DNA of 64,000 bases from an uncultured bacterium (GTDB lineage: Bacteria; UBP6; UBA1177): assembly GCA_905233945.1 (NCBI GenBank), contig CAJOFY010000005.1:14698-78697 (forward strand). Reading direction: 5' to 3'. The translations under genes were made by a program, and so were the position numbers. Shown one piece after another: positions 21,240-31,220 of this stretch (its first letter is position 1; every line of letters begins with the position of its first letter). The notes beneath the pieces are model-generated. The model ran no database searches. It saw only the letters and a program-made list of their open reading frames with translations, and was not told where the DNA came from.

Positions 21240-22853
21240 TTATTTTTTTACAATGTCATTTGCGTCAATAACGTAGAATCCGTTGCTGCCGAAAATTGTG
21301 TCGTAAATTCCGGTAACGCTTACTTTGTCGCCTGTTGCGAGAGCCGGAAGTTTAACTGTTCCGAAATTCTCGGCGATAAGTGCGTCTTCACCGACTTTTT
21401 CCTTGAAAGTTACTTTTGTGTAGTTTTTGCCTTCCGGTGTTTCGACAGAGTCAACCGTAAGTGTATCGGTTACTTTGATGAGTGTTCCTTTGTCTTTGTC
21501 TGAAAGAGCTGTGTAAGCCTTTTCGAGAGCAGCCGGAACGGTTCCTGTTCCTGTTTTGGTGATTGAACCGGCGTTTTTTGCGTTTTTGACTTCCCACTGG
21601 TTGCCGTAGAAATCAACCTGGCCTTCGATCGTGACTTTGTCGCCTTTTGCCGGAGCTGTATCGGCAGTTACCTGATAAATGTAAAGACCGCTGTAATCGC
21701 CTCTGTTGCCGTCGGAGACATAGAGAGTGTATCCGGTTCCGCCGTCGCTGAACGATTTGGAAATAACCGGGCTTATTACAATCGCGTTTTCGATTCTGAC
21801 GAGATCTTTCTTTTCTTTCGTGCCGCTCTGAATTTCTTTGACTGTTGTCGGTGCAACAGTGTCGCCAGTGTCGGCGTCGGTGTCGTCGTGACCTGTATCG
21901 GAATCAGCGGAGTCGCCTCCAACAAAGTCATCAGCAGATCTTGGAGCAAGTCTGAACGCTTCGAATTCATACACAAGAATACCGGTGATGGAATCGAATT
22001 TTGTGCCTTTCGAGCGGTCGCCTTCGTAGTAGAAAAGGGTTTTTGTGACTACAAGGCTGTTGTCAAGTTCGAAATTGCCGTGACCGATGTATTTGTTTGT
22101 AATTTCGACATCTTCAACCTGAATGAGAACGCCTTCGTATTTTTCTGCATCCGGGCCGTGGTTTGCAGTCGGTGCATATGTGTCATAACCGTTGTCATCC
22201 TTGCCGGAAACTTCAAAAGGAGTTGCAACTGATGCCGGTTCTACGACAGCAGGTTCCGGGAGAGGACAGGTGCCGAGCTTTTTAATGTCGCTGGCTTCGA
22301 TTTGTGAATTGTCGTAATATTCTTTATAAATTCCCTTTACTTCAAGTTTGTCGCCGACTTTGTATTCATCAACAGGTGCGGTAGCTTTGATGAAAACGTA
22401 AATACCGGTATAGGGTTTCGCTTCCGGAATAAGCTCTGAAACATAAACACCTTTGATTGCCGTGTTATTGAACTCTTCGTCCTGATCGTAGAAAATTCCG
22501 GTAACAACACACTGAGTTGTCACTTCGGCTTGTTCGGAGATTTCGCCTTTCTGGATTTTTTCGATTGTGTCATCAAAGTCTGCGTAGCAGTCTGCGGAAT
22601 TCGAGTCATCGTCGGGCGTAGTGACGTCTTTGTCATCGTCGGGCGTAGTGACATCTTCGTCGCCGTCGGTCTGAGTGTCGCCCGTGTCACCGTCTGTCTT
22701 ATCATCGACTGTGTCAGTGGTGTTGTCCGGGCATTCATTCCCGCAGCATTCTTCATCCGGATTGCACTCCTTGCCGCCGTCACCGCCTCCACCGCATGAA
22801 ATGCTGAAGAGGGCGAGAACCAACGCAAAAAACAAAACTGAAAATTTTTTCAT
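21240..22853 (-). CDS. Lipoprotein with tandem OB-fold (tRNA_anti-like / YhcR-ExeM-type) nucleic-acid-binding domains
   Basis: Lipobox FSISC + acidic linker; three segments with GV(V/Y)T..FY.QD..GIYV...GDK(L/V).V.G...EY.G pattern; alternative start 22865. Confidence 0.55.
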   Translation of the reverse strand: MKKFSVLFFALVLALFSISCGGGGDGGKECNPDEECCGNECPDNTTDTVDDKTDGDTGDTQTDGDEDVTTPDDDKDVTTPDDDSNSADCYADFDDTIEKIQKGEISEQAEVTTQCVVTGIFYDQDEEFNNTAIKGVYVSELIPEAKPYTGIYVFIKATAPVDEYKVGDKLEVKGIYKEYYDNSQIEASDIKKLGTCPLPEPAVVEPASVATPFEVSGKDDNGYDTYAPTANHGPDAEKYEGVLIQVEDVEITNKYIGHGNFELDNSLVVTKTLFYYEGDRSKGTKFDSITGILVYEFEAFRLAPRSADDFVGGDSADSDTGHDDTDADTGDTVAPTTVKEIQSGTKEKKDLVRIENAIVISPVISKSFSDGGTGYTLYVSDGNRGDYSGLYIYQVTADTAPAKGDKVTIEGQVDFYGNQWEVKNAKNAGSITKTGTGTVPAALEKAYTALSDKDKGTLIKVTDTLTVDSVETPEGKNYTKVTFKEKVGEDALIAENFGTVKLPALATGDKVSVTGIYDTIFGSNGFYVIDANDIVKK

Positions 22854-22955
22854 CTCAAACTCCATAAAAAATTATTAAAGTGTAATGAACTCTGAAGAAA
22901 ACGAAAGAGTATATACAGAATAAAATTTTTTAAAAGGAAAAAAATTGCTGTTCCG

Positions 22956-23561
22956 CTATTTTTTAAGGAGTTCCGATGCGATTTTTTCGAGGGTGATTTT
23001 TGTCACTTCGATTCCGTAGCTTGTGTCGATGATGTGGGTCGCGAAAGGTTTTTTTTCTTCAAAACCCATCTGGCTTTTTATCCTTTTTTCAGCCTCTTCA
23101 CGGCTGATGCTGTCGCGCGTCATCAGGCGGGAAAGCTGGATTTCGGGTTTGCACCAGGTGAGCATGACTGTGTCGAAATATTTGTTCCAGCCGGCTTCGA
23201 TGAGGATTGCGGCTTCAAGGATTACAGGCGCTTTCTGAGACAAATCATCAATTATTTCAAAAGTTTTCTTTAAAATTGCCGGATGTGTGATTTCGTTCAG
23301 TTTTAAAAGGGCTTCTTTGTCGGAAAAAACGATTTTTCCGAGGGCTCTGCGGTCGATCTGTCCGCCTGAAACGACTTTGTCGCCGAAATTTTTTCTTATT
23401 TTTTCAACTGTTTCCGCCATCTGAATGACTTCATGTCCTACGGCGTCGGCTGAAACGACTTCAAATCCCAAATTTTTGCGGAAATAGTCGAGAACGACCG
23501 TTTTTCCTGTCGCAATCGAGCCTGTCAGCGCGGCGACGACCTTATTTCTTTTCGTTTCCAT
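22956..23561 (-). CDS. coaE: Dephospho-CoA kinase
   Basis: P-loop LTGSIATGKTVV, overall CoaE length/architecture. Confidence 0.8.
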   Translation of the reverse strand: METKRNKVVAALTGSIATGKTVVLDYFRKNLGFEVVSADAVGHEVIQMAETVEKIRKNFGDKVVSGGQIDRRALGKIVFSDKEALLKLNEITHPAILKKTFEIIDDLSQKAPVILEAAILIEAGWNKYFDTVMLTWCKPEIQLSRLMTRDSISREEAEKRIKSQMGFEEKKPFATHIIDTSYGIEVTKITLEKIASELLKK

Positions 23562-23835
23562 CTCGTTCTTTCAGGCTGACGCGGATGTAGTAGGGCGGTT
23601 CGCCTTCGACCTCGCTGATTTTGATAAGCTGTTTGTCCTTGAGTTTCATCGGCATTTTGTAGGTTACGACTTTTCCGTTAGGCATCTGCACGGTCTGCGG
23701 GACACCTTCCCGGACTTCGTCGACATAAATAACCTGATCGATGACGAGCGCATTTTCCGGCAGTTTCGGCTCGACTTCGCAACCTGCCATAAACATTAAG
23801 AAAAAAGCTGATAAAACAATGAAAAGCAGACGCAT
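23542..23835 (-). CDS. Small lipoprotein, unknown function
   Basis: Start chosen at MRLLFIV (RBS GGAGGAAAAAATG) with lipobox MAGC; overlaps coaE start. Confidence 0.4.
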   Translation of the reverse strand: MRLLFIVLSAFFLMFMAGCEVEPKLPENALVIDQVIYVDEVREGVPQTVQMPNGKVVTYKMPMKLKDKQLIKISEVEGEPPYYIRVSLKERDGNEKK

Positions 23836-23961
23836 TTTTTCCTCCACGTCAAAAAAACAACGCGGCATTATAATCCATTTAAAAATAATTGTGATTTTTT
23901 ATGAAATACCTATAATTACCCGCTTGAATCGTTTTGGTTTATTGTTAATTTGGAGGTTCAA

Positions 23962-26592
23962 ATGAAAAAATTTTTGGTTGCTTTCGCTCTCCTGCTGTTC
24001 GCTGTGACAGTTTCGGCAGAGCAGAAAAATCAGTTCGCGTCCGCTTCGGTCAAGAAGATTGACGGCGTCACCGCGATGGTTTCAAAGCTCGACATTCCGG
24101 TTAAAACGGATGCCGGTTCTTTGAAAAATTTTGTTAAAAACGATTTCTACAAGGCTTTCAACATCGGAAAAAATGTTGAGCCCGAGCTTCTCCGTGCAGT
24201 CAAAATCGGAGATGTTTCGATTTACAAGTTCGTTCCTTTCTACAAAGGAATCAAAGTCGAAGGCGTTTACACCGTTCTCACAGTCAGAGACGGAAAAATC
24301 GACAGAATCAACAACGGTTTGTCGGATATTGACATCGACATAACAAAGATGATTCCCGAGAAAGACGCTCTCAAATCGGCTATGGCAGTAAGAAACATCA
24401 AAACCATGCCGAAAAACTACACTGCCGAGAAAATCATCACCCGCCATTTCGGCAAGTTTGTTCCGGCTTACAAAATCAGATTTGCTCCGGCGAATCTTGC
24501 AGACAGCCGCTATCACATTGTCAACGCGCTGACCGGCAGAGTTATCAAATCGAGCCACGCGACATTCTTCGCTAAAAAAGATGATCCTGTAGCTCCGGAC
24601 GATCCGGCTGACAGCGATGAATCAGATACCGGTGACATTGCTCCGGATCCTGCTGATTCAGGCGATACCGGAGAGCCGGTTGAAACAGAGTTCGTCTGCG
24701 ACGGAACAGAAGAAGATGTCGCGAAAATCTGGAAGTTCAATCCGTTGATCACTCCGGAACTTGAGGAAGTCACGCTTCCGTGGGTTGCTCCGTGGGACGA
24801 CAGCGAGCTTAAAGAGCAGGGACTTGCAGGTTCTCTCATCACTTTGAAGGATGAAAAGGGAATCAGAAGAATCAAATCCTACAACTGCCCCGACGACGAC
24901 ACCAAAATCGAGATCGATCCTGCATCAATGGGTATCAATCTTGGAATGACGTTCAATGTCCACGTCTGCCATCCGATGCCTCTTGCAAACAAATGCGAGA
25001 AAAAGAATTTCATCTATGACGACTGCGAAGGCGGCCACGTTTTCTCGAAAGAGAGCATAAAACTTGATAAAATCGACAGATGTGCCGAAATTTCGATGTA
25101 TTATCATGCTTCGAAAATTTATGACTATATCGGTAAGATTTACTCCACAATCGATTCCGAAAATGAATTCTATCTTCAGCACAACGACAAAGACAAACCC
25201 CTTAATGTCATCAGCAACTTCACGATGCCTGAACTTTCCATGGAGAATTTCCAGGCTCTTATGACCGGTGAAAACGATCTTGCTCCGTTTGACAACGCGT
25301 TCTTTACCGAAGAACAGCCGATGATGACGATGCTTCTTGAACAATTCGACGTAAACGGCGACCTTCTTGTTTTCGGACAGGGAACTAAGGCTGACCTTGG
25401 TTACGACGGCGATGTCGTTTACCACGAATTTGGTCACGCGACGATCTATACAACCGGAATCACCGGTCTTGAGTTTACCGACAAATACGGCATGACGGTT
25501 GAGCCCGGTGCTCTTCACGAAGGTATGGCTGACACGTTTGCTTTCATTATGACAGACAACTCCTGCACGGGTGAATATGCTTCCAAGGGTTTCGCTGACG
25601 CCGGTGCAGCTTCCCAGATGGATAAAGAAGGCGATGTTTACTGCATGAGAAGTGCTCTCAACAAGAACAAGGTTTTCGAGAATTTTGTCGGCGAAGTTCA
25701 CTTCGACGGTCAGCCGCTTCTCGCTTCAAACTGGGACATTTATCAGCTCATCAAAGGAGATGATAAGGAAACTCAGGAACACCGCGACAATTTAATGAAA
25801 CTTATCCTCAAAACCCTCTACTCGATAGGCGATGCAAATGTTTCTTACAAACTCTGGGCTGAAACTTTGATGGCTGAAGTCGAAAAGGACGACAACTTCA
25901 AAGGTAAGGCTGCGGAAATCAAAAAGATTCTTGAAGAGAGGAATTTCTTCGAAGAAGTCAGGGCACGCAGCGTAAACGAGCCGATCAAAGATACAATGTA
26001 TATTCCTGCAGGCGGCAACAATTCTTCTGATTCCGATGAAGACGACCCGATGGGAGGCCTCATGGGCGCAGGCGGCGGAATTGCAGTTGACGACGACGGA
26101 AAAACGGTTCAGGTCGGTCCCGCTTACATTCAGTATTACTTCGATGTTCCGGCTGATGCCCCGAAAGATGCTCTTAAACTTAAAGCTTCGGTTGCGGCAG
26201 ACAGTTCAAGTTCGATGCTTGGCGGTTTCGGCGGCGGCGGAACACCGACACTTCAGATTTATTACAGAAAAGGCGCTCCGATAGAATACACCGAGGCTGC
26301 AGAAGCGGCGAAAGTCGCAAAAGACGGCAAAGCAACAGGCGATTCTTCAAAAGGCTGGTTTATTCCCGATGTCGAGAAAGGTGCGAGATACTACATTCAG
26401 TTTATAAACACTTCCGCAAGCTCTGCTACGGTCGGTGCTATTTCGGTCGAATCCTCCGACGCACCGGTTGAGGAGGACACTGCTGACGGAGATGCCGGAG
26501 AGTCTCCTGACGACGAAATGACCTATGACGACGATAATAAAGAAGACGGCGGCAAAAAGAAAAGCTCCGGCGGCTGCTCGCTTACCCTTTAA
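23962..26592 (+). CDS. Secreted thermolysin-like (M4/M36, clan MA(E)) zinc metalloprotease with Gly-rich C-terminal region
   Basis: Signal peptide; HEFGH zinc motif with third ligand in GALHEGMADTF (NExxSD-like); start 23962 (MKKF, RBS GGAGG) preferred over 23950. Confidence 0.65.
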   Translation: MKKFLVAFALLLFAVTVSAEQKNQFASASVKKIDGVTAMVSKLDIPVKTDAGSLKNFVKNDFYKAFNIGKNVEPELLRAVKIGDVSIYKFVPFYKGIKVEGVYTVLTVRDGKIDRINNGLSDIDIDITKMIPEKDALKSAMAVRNIKTMPKNYTAEKIITRHFGKFVPAYKIRFAPANLADSRYHIVNALTGRVIKSSHATFFAKKDDPVAPDDPADSDESDTGDIAPDPADSGDTGEPVETEFVCDGTEEDVAKIWKFNPLITPELEEVTLPWVAPWDDSELKEQGLAGSLITLKDEKGIRRIKSYNCPDDDTKIEIDPASMGINLGMTFNVHVCHPMPLANKCEKKNFIYDDCEGGHVFSKESIKLDKIDRCAEISMYYHASKIYDYIGKIYSTIDSENEFYLQHNDKDKPLNVISNFTMPELSMENFQALMTGENDLAPFDNAFFTEEQPMMTMLLEQFDVNGDLLVFGQGTKADLGYDGDVVYHEFGHATIYTTGITGLEFTDKYGMTVEPGALHEGMADTFAFIMTDNSCTGEYASKGFADAGAASQMDKEGDVYCMRSALNKNKVFENFVGEVHFDGQPLLASNWDIYQLIKGDDKETQEHRDNLMKLILKTLYSIGDANVSYKLWAETLMAEVEKDDNFKGKAAEIKKILEERNFFEEVRARSVNEPIKDTMYIPAGGNNSSDSDEDDPMGGLMGAGGGIAVDDDGKTVQVGPAYIQYYFDVPADAPKDALKLKASVAADSSSSMLGGFGGGGTPTLQIYYRKGAPIEYTEAAEAAKVAKDGKATGDSSKGWFIPDVEKGARYYIQFINTSASSATVGAISVESSDAPVEEDTADGDAGESPDDEMTYDDDNKEDGGKKKSSGGCSLTL

Positions 26593-26698
26593 TTCAGTAA
26601 TCTGAAAATTTTCTAATCTATTTTCCTGACAAACATTTCCAAATAACAAATTGTCCAATTTAAACACTTGAAATCAAAAAGGAATTTCTTGAAATGCC

Positions 26699-26726
26699 TT
26701 GACAAATAAAGAGTTTTGAGTATAAT
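26699..26726 (+). promoter_or_regulatory. Consensus sigma70 promoter TTGACA-N16-TATAAT upstream of carD
   Basis: Perfect -35 and -10 hexamers; followed by CCTCCG...CGGAGG inverted repeat containing the RBS. Confidence 0.6.
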
Positions 26727-26762
26727 ACCTCCGTTTTTGTTCTTACTTTTTCGGAGGTTTTT

Positions 26763-27287
26763 ATGGATCAGTTCAAACCCGGGGATCTTGCTGTTTATCC
26801 CAATTACGGAGTAGGAAAAGTCGTTACCGTCGAATCGAGAATGATGGGGGATTCCGAGGTTTCCTGTTATGTTGTCAATATTCTGGCCGACAGTTCGAAA
26901 GTCGTTATAGTTCCGGTCGATTCGGTGGAGCAGATGGGGCTCAGGAATTTGATAAGCGAAAGCGAGGTTCCTGCCGTTTACAACTGTTTCCGATACAAAA
27001 ATCTTGATCTTCTCAAAATGAACTGGAACAGGCGTTACAGATCGCTTCAGGACAAGATGAAAACCGGTAAAGTGACCGATGTCGCGACTGTAATTTCGGA
27101 TCTTATGTTCCTGAAGAAAAGAAAAGGTCTGAGTTACGGTGAGGAACGCCTGCTCAGCGATGCCGAGGATATTCTTGCAACGGAGCTTTCCATCATTGAA
27201 AACCTTCCGAAAGAGGAAATCGTCAACAAAATCCACGACAGTTTCAAATCAAAATCTAATACGAACACTCAGACAGAAAGTAAATGA
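26763..27287 (+). CDS. carD: CarD/CdnL family RNA-polymerase-binding transcription factor
   Basis: N-terminal FKPGDLAVYPNYGVGKV TRCF-like RNAP-interacting domain. Confidence 0.75.
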   Translation: MDQFKPGDLAVYPNYGVGKVVTVESRMMGDSEVSCYVVNILADSSKVVIVPVDSVEQMGLRNLISESEVPAVYNCFRYKNLDLLKMNWNRRYRSLQDKMKTGKVTDVATVISDLMFLKKRKGLSYGEERLLSDAEDILATELSIIENLPKEEIVNKIHDSFKSKSNTNTQTESK

Positions 27288-27634
27288 TTTCAGTCCTTCC
27301 GGACACTTTGGTCACAGGTATCGACAGGTGGTTTCTGGAAAAACTGCTTGAATTCGATTTTTTCTGGTATGCAAATCCTTTCGAGCATTCGAAATCAAAA
27401 GGTTTTATTATTCCGCGCAGGGATTTTTCCCTGAAAATTCCTGTGAAACTGGTCGTTGATTTAAGCGAAACCGAAACCGGGACACTTTTTTCGTTTGATC
27501 CGGCAAATACTGTCTTTTATTCGGAAGAGTGGCGCGGAAACGCTTCGGTTGCAGCGTCTTTTGTCAGGAATATTGTCAATTTTTCCGACAGTAAAGCCGA
27601 TTTTGTGAAAAAAGATTATAAAATCGTACTTTAG
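27284..27634 (+). CDS. Hypothetical protein, translationally coupled to carD
   Basis: ATGA overlap with carD stop; no recognisable motifs. Confidence 0.35.
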   Translation: MISVLPDTLVTGIDRWFLEKLLEFDFFWYANPFEHSKSKGFIIPRRDFSLKIPVKLVVDLSETETGTLFSFDPANTVFYSEEWRGNASVAASFVRNIVNFSDSKADFVKKDYKIVL

Positions 27635-27709
27635 CCCCGGTTCGCGCAAAAGAAAACTGGACATAGACGAGTATCTTAAATAAATTCGCGCGTTTTAGGA
27701 GGAGGTGTC

Positions 27710-29710
27710 ATGTCGGAAAAAAATATAAAATTTGTTTTTACCGGAGGCGGAAGCGGCGGCCATGTCAGCCCTGCGCTTGCAGTTGCGGCGGAACTCAAAA
27801 AAACTCTGCCGGATTCGGAAATCACATACATCGGAGTCAGGAACAAAGCTGAAGGTCTGATGGTGCCCAAGGCGGGACTTCCGCTCAAATTCGTGAAAAG
27901 CCAGCCTCTTCCGCAGGGGAAGTCGCCGGTCGCGCTTTTCAAATTCTTTCTCACGATGTTTTCAGGTCTTCTGAAGGCATCTCTGATCCTGCTTAAAATC
28001 AGGCCGGCTGCGGTTTTCGCAACAGGCGGTTTTGTCAGCGCGCCTACTGTTTTTGCCGCATGGCTGCTGCGGAAAGCGACTTTCGGACTCTTCAAAACAA
28101 AAATAATAATCCATGAATCGAACGTCGATCTCGGAAAAATGAACAAAGCCGCGGCGAAAGCAGCCGACGAGGTTGCAGTTTCATTTTCGGAAACGATAAA
28201 AAATCTGCCGAAACACAAAGGATTTTTTTCGGGTTATCCTGTCAGAAGCTCGATTGCGGCGATGGATAAAGGAGATGCGCGGCGCGAACTCGGAATTCCG
28301 GAGAACGCTTTTGTCATTTTTGCTTTCGGCGGCTCGCAGGGATCGCGCACAATAAACCGTGTTCTGGCAAATTCTGCGAAAAAACTTCTTGAAAATAAGG
28401 ATATTTACATAATCAACGGTGCCGGAAAGCCTTTCGGAAAAACTTATGAATACCACGGTTTCAACGATGTTTCCGAAATTCTGGCAAAGCAGGGTCTTTC
28501 GGAAGAAGAGAAAAAACGCTATATTCTCCGCGATTTCATCGACAACATGGGACTTTACTACTCTGCCTCTGATCTCCTCGTAATCAGGGCTGGAGCAGGT
28601 TCTGTCGTCGAAGCGTGCAGCAAAGGAAAGCCGATGCTCATCATCCCGATAAGCAACATCGGGAACGACCACCAGATAGGAAACGCCCGTTTCATCGAAC
28701 GCGCCGGCGCCGCAGCTGTAATTTATGAAAAGACCGATCCTCTGAACGGAATAGACATCGCTTTCGCCGACGGAAAAGAGTTCTGCGAAACGGTTTCGGC
28801 GCTTCGCAATGATGCGGAAAGACTCGAAAAAATGGCTGAAGCGGCGAAAAACATTTTCCCGGGGAATCCGGCTGAAATCATCGTCGGCCACATTCTCCAT
28901 CTCTGCGGACTCGGTGAAAAACCTGCTGAAATCAAGGGGGCGGAGTTCCTTAACGACCGTGTTCTGGGCTTGAATTCGACCAGCCTTGAAAAATTTCTCA
29001 AAAAAGTGAAATCGGGGGCGGAAAAACCGCTTGAACCTGACGAAATCAAGCTGATAAAAAACAAAATCGACATGCTTTTTTCTTCGCCGAACCCCGTTAT
29101 CAAAGCGCGTGCATGCCGTTCTTCCGGAATTATGGGATACGCCGAAGCAACTCCCCTCATAATCAAATATGCTGCTGACAAAAACAGTGCGCCGTTTCTC
29201 AGCAGGGATGCTTTTGCCGCGTTGAACGATCTTGCATCAGTCTGCGAAGAAAAGGAGAAGGATAAAATTTTTGGCGCGATGCTGGAAGGTTTTGCCAGCT
29301 CATACTACGAAACCCGTTTTTCGGCAGAAAAATGTGTTTCTGTCTTTGCAAAACGCTTCGGACTGAGTGAAGATGAGCGCGAAAAACTGCTTGCCGCACT
29401 CTTCAAAAACATGTACGACCGCTGTTTCGAGGTGAGAATCGAAGCTGTTCTTGCTGCGGCGCAGATTGCTGAAGATTCCGGAAAGCTGCTGGAAAATTTT
29501 GCTCATCTTTACTTTGATGCGGTCTGGAAAGTGAGAAGCGCGCTTTTCCAGGCCTTTGAAATCCTCATCAGAAGAGGCGTGCTCGACAAGCAGAAGGCGG
29601 CGGTTGAGGCCGACAAGGTTCTCATAACAAGCAACGGCTACACAACCGAATACGAGCTGAAAAAGCACTACAATTCGGTCGTTGAACTTATTCAGGAGAA
29701 AAAACAATGA
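27710..29710 (+). CDS. murG: MurG (undecaprenyl-PP-MurNAc-pentapeptide GlcNAc transferase) with ~300-aa alpha-helical C-terminal extension
   Basis: N-terminal FTGGGSGGHVSPALAVAAEL and GT-B C-domain motifs (first ~370 aa); extension is helical/repeat-like (HEAT/ARM-like guess). Confidence 0.7.
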   Translation: MSEKNIKFVFTGGGSGGHVSPALAVAAELKKTLPDSEITYIGVRNKAEGLMVPKAGLPLKFVKSQPLPQGKSPVALFKFFLTMFSGLLKASLILLKIRPAAVFATGGFVSAPTVFAAWLLRKATFGLFKTKIIIHESNVDLGKMNKAAAKAADEVAVSFSETIKNLPKHKGFFSGYPVRSSIAAMDKGDARRELGIPENAFVIFAFGGSQGSRTINRVLANSAKKLLENKDIYIINGAGKPFGKTYEYHGFNDVSEILAKQGLSEEEKKRYILRDFIDNMGLYYSASDLLVIRAGAGSVVEACSKGKPMLIIPISNIGNDHQIGNARFIERAGAAAVIYEKTDPLNGIDIAFADGKEFCETVSALRNDAERLEKMAEAAKNIFPGNPAEIIVGHILHLCGLGEKPAEIKGAEFLNDRVLGLNSTSLEKFLKKVKSGAEKPLEPDEIKLIKNKIDMLFSSPNPVIKARACRSSGIMGYAEATPLIIKYAADKNSAPFLSRDAFAALNDLASVCEEKEKDKIFGAMLEGFASSYYETRFSAEKCVSVFAKRFGLSEDEREKLLAALFKNMYDRCFEVRIEAVLAAAQIAEDSGKLLENFAHLYFDAVWKVRSALFQAFEILIRRGVLDKQKAAVEADKVLITSNGYTTEYELKKHYNSVVELIQEKKQ

Positions 29711-30801
29711 TATACACGGTTTTCAAATCGGTTTTCACGACAGGCGGACTTGCGGTTTTCAAATATCTGTCGTCAAGAACCCTGATTGCTTTCGTTACGG
29801 CGTTTTTTATCTCGCTGATTATAGGAAGACCGCTGATAAATGCGCTTTACAGGCACGGTTTCCGGTCGTTTGAACGTTCATACGGCGAAATAAATTCACA
29901 GAAAAAAACCGGAACTCCGATGATGGGGGGGATTCTGATTTTCATAACCGGAATCGGCAGCGCGCTGCTCTGGTGTGACCTTGCGAATCCGTTTATCTGG
30001 GCTTTGCTTGCAAGCGCGGTGTGGTTTGCGGTTTTCGGTGCGATTGACGATTACAAAAAAATCAAAGGAAAAGATGCCGACGAAGGACTTTCGCGTTTTT
30101 CAAAATACGTTATACAGATACTTTTCGGTGTTCTTCTCGCGGTTTTCGTCCTTCAGCCCGACATTTCGCCGCTTCCGGCTGAGGTGGCAAACTCCTTCCA
30201 GTTTCCGTTTTTCAAAGGTTTTATCTTCAGCTCGACAGTTCTTACCTTTCTGTGGATAGTTTTTATCATTGTCTACTCGGCGAATGCAGTCAACTTCGCC
30301 GACGGCATGGACGGTCTCACGATCGTTCCTTCAGTTTTTGTTTTTATTGTGCTGGGTGTTTTTGCGTACATCATAGGCAACAAGATTCAGGCGCAGCATC
30401 TGCTTTATGAATACATTCCGGGAAGCGGTGAAATCGCTGTTTTCTGCGGCGCGGTAGTCGGTGCCGGAATCGGATTTCTCTGGTTCAACTCCCATCCTGC
30501 CGAAGTTTTCATGGGGGACATGGGAAGTCTTTTCCTTGGCGGAACGATGGGAACGGCAGCCGTTTTAATCAGGCAGGAAGTGGTTTTTATCATTGCTGGA
30601 GCGATTTTTGTTATTGAAATCACATCGACTTTTGTTCAGGAGAACATTGGTTTCAAGATGCACCGCAGAATCCTTTACCGCGCGCCGCTGCATCACCACT
30701 ATCAGCATCAGGGCATGGCAGAAGCGAAGATTGTCACAAGGTTCTGGATAGTAAGCGCCATCATGGCGGCACTTGCTCTTATCACCATTAAATTCAGGTA
30801 G
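29707..30801 (+). CDS. mraY: Phospho-N-acetylmuramoyl-pentapeptide transferase MraY
   Basis: KKTGTPMMGG, DDYKK, NAVNFADGMDGL, PLHHHY motifs; ATGA overlap with murG. Confidence 0.8.
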   Translation: MIYTVFKSVFTTGGLAVFKYLSSRTLIAFVTAFFISLIIGRPLINALYRHGFRSFERSYGEINSQKKTGTPMMGGILIFITGIGSALLWCDLANPFIWALLASAVWFAVFGAIDDYKKIKGKDADEGLSRFSKYVIQILFGVLLAVFVLQPDISPLPAEVANSFQFPFFKGFIFSSTVLTFLWIVFIIVYSANAVNFADGMDGLTIVPSVFVFIVLGVFAYIIGNKIQAQHLLYEYIPGSGEIAVFCGAVVGAGIGFLWFNSHPAEVFMGDMGSLFLGGTMGTAAVLIRQEVVFIIAGAIFVIEITSTFVQENIGFKMHRRILYRAPLHHHYQHQGMAEAKIVTRFWIVSAIMAALALITIKFR

Positions 30802-30803
30802 TT

Positions 30804-31220
30804 ATGGCAAAAAAACAGGAAATGTACTTCAACGGCGACGACTGTAAGTTCTGCAACGGAATGTGCTGCCGCTACGTCACGATCGATATTGAAAAGGAAC
30901 CACGTTCCGAAGACCGTTTTGACGAAATAATATGGTGGCTTTTCAATCCGAACATAAAAATCCTGAAAAACGGCCGCGAGTGGTCGATTCTCGTTATGGG
31001 AAAGTGCGAAAATCTGGACGAATCTAATCTCTGCCGCATTTACGAGGCGCGCCCCGACCTCTGCCGCGAATATCCGCCGGAAGAGGAAGGCTGCCACTTC
31101 GACAGCATCAGAAGACTCGAAGGAACGATTTTTAATACCGCCGAAGAACTGTTGAACTATCTTGCTTTTGACCGCAAAAAAGAGTGGGCGGAAAAGCGGC
31201 TGGAAAAGATGAGAAAATGA
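30804..31220 (+). CDS. YkgJ-family Fe-S/zinc-chelating (CxxCxxCC) protein
   Basis: CKFCNGMCCRY and LCRIYEARPDLCREYP motifs typical of UPF0153/YkgJ. Confidence 0.6.
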   Translation: MAKKQEMYFNGDDCKFCNGMCCRYVTIDIEKEPRSEDRFDEIIWWLFNPNIKILKNGREWSILVMGKCENLDESNLCRIYEARPDLCREYPPEEEGCHFDSIRRLEGTIFNTAEELLNYLAFDRKKEWAEKRLEKMRK

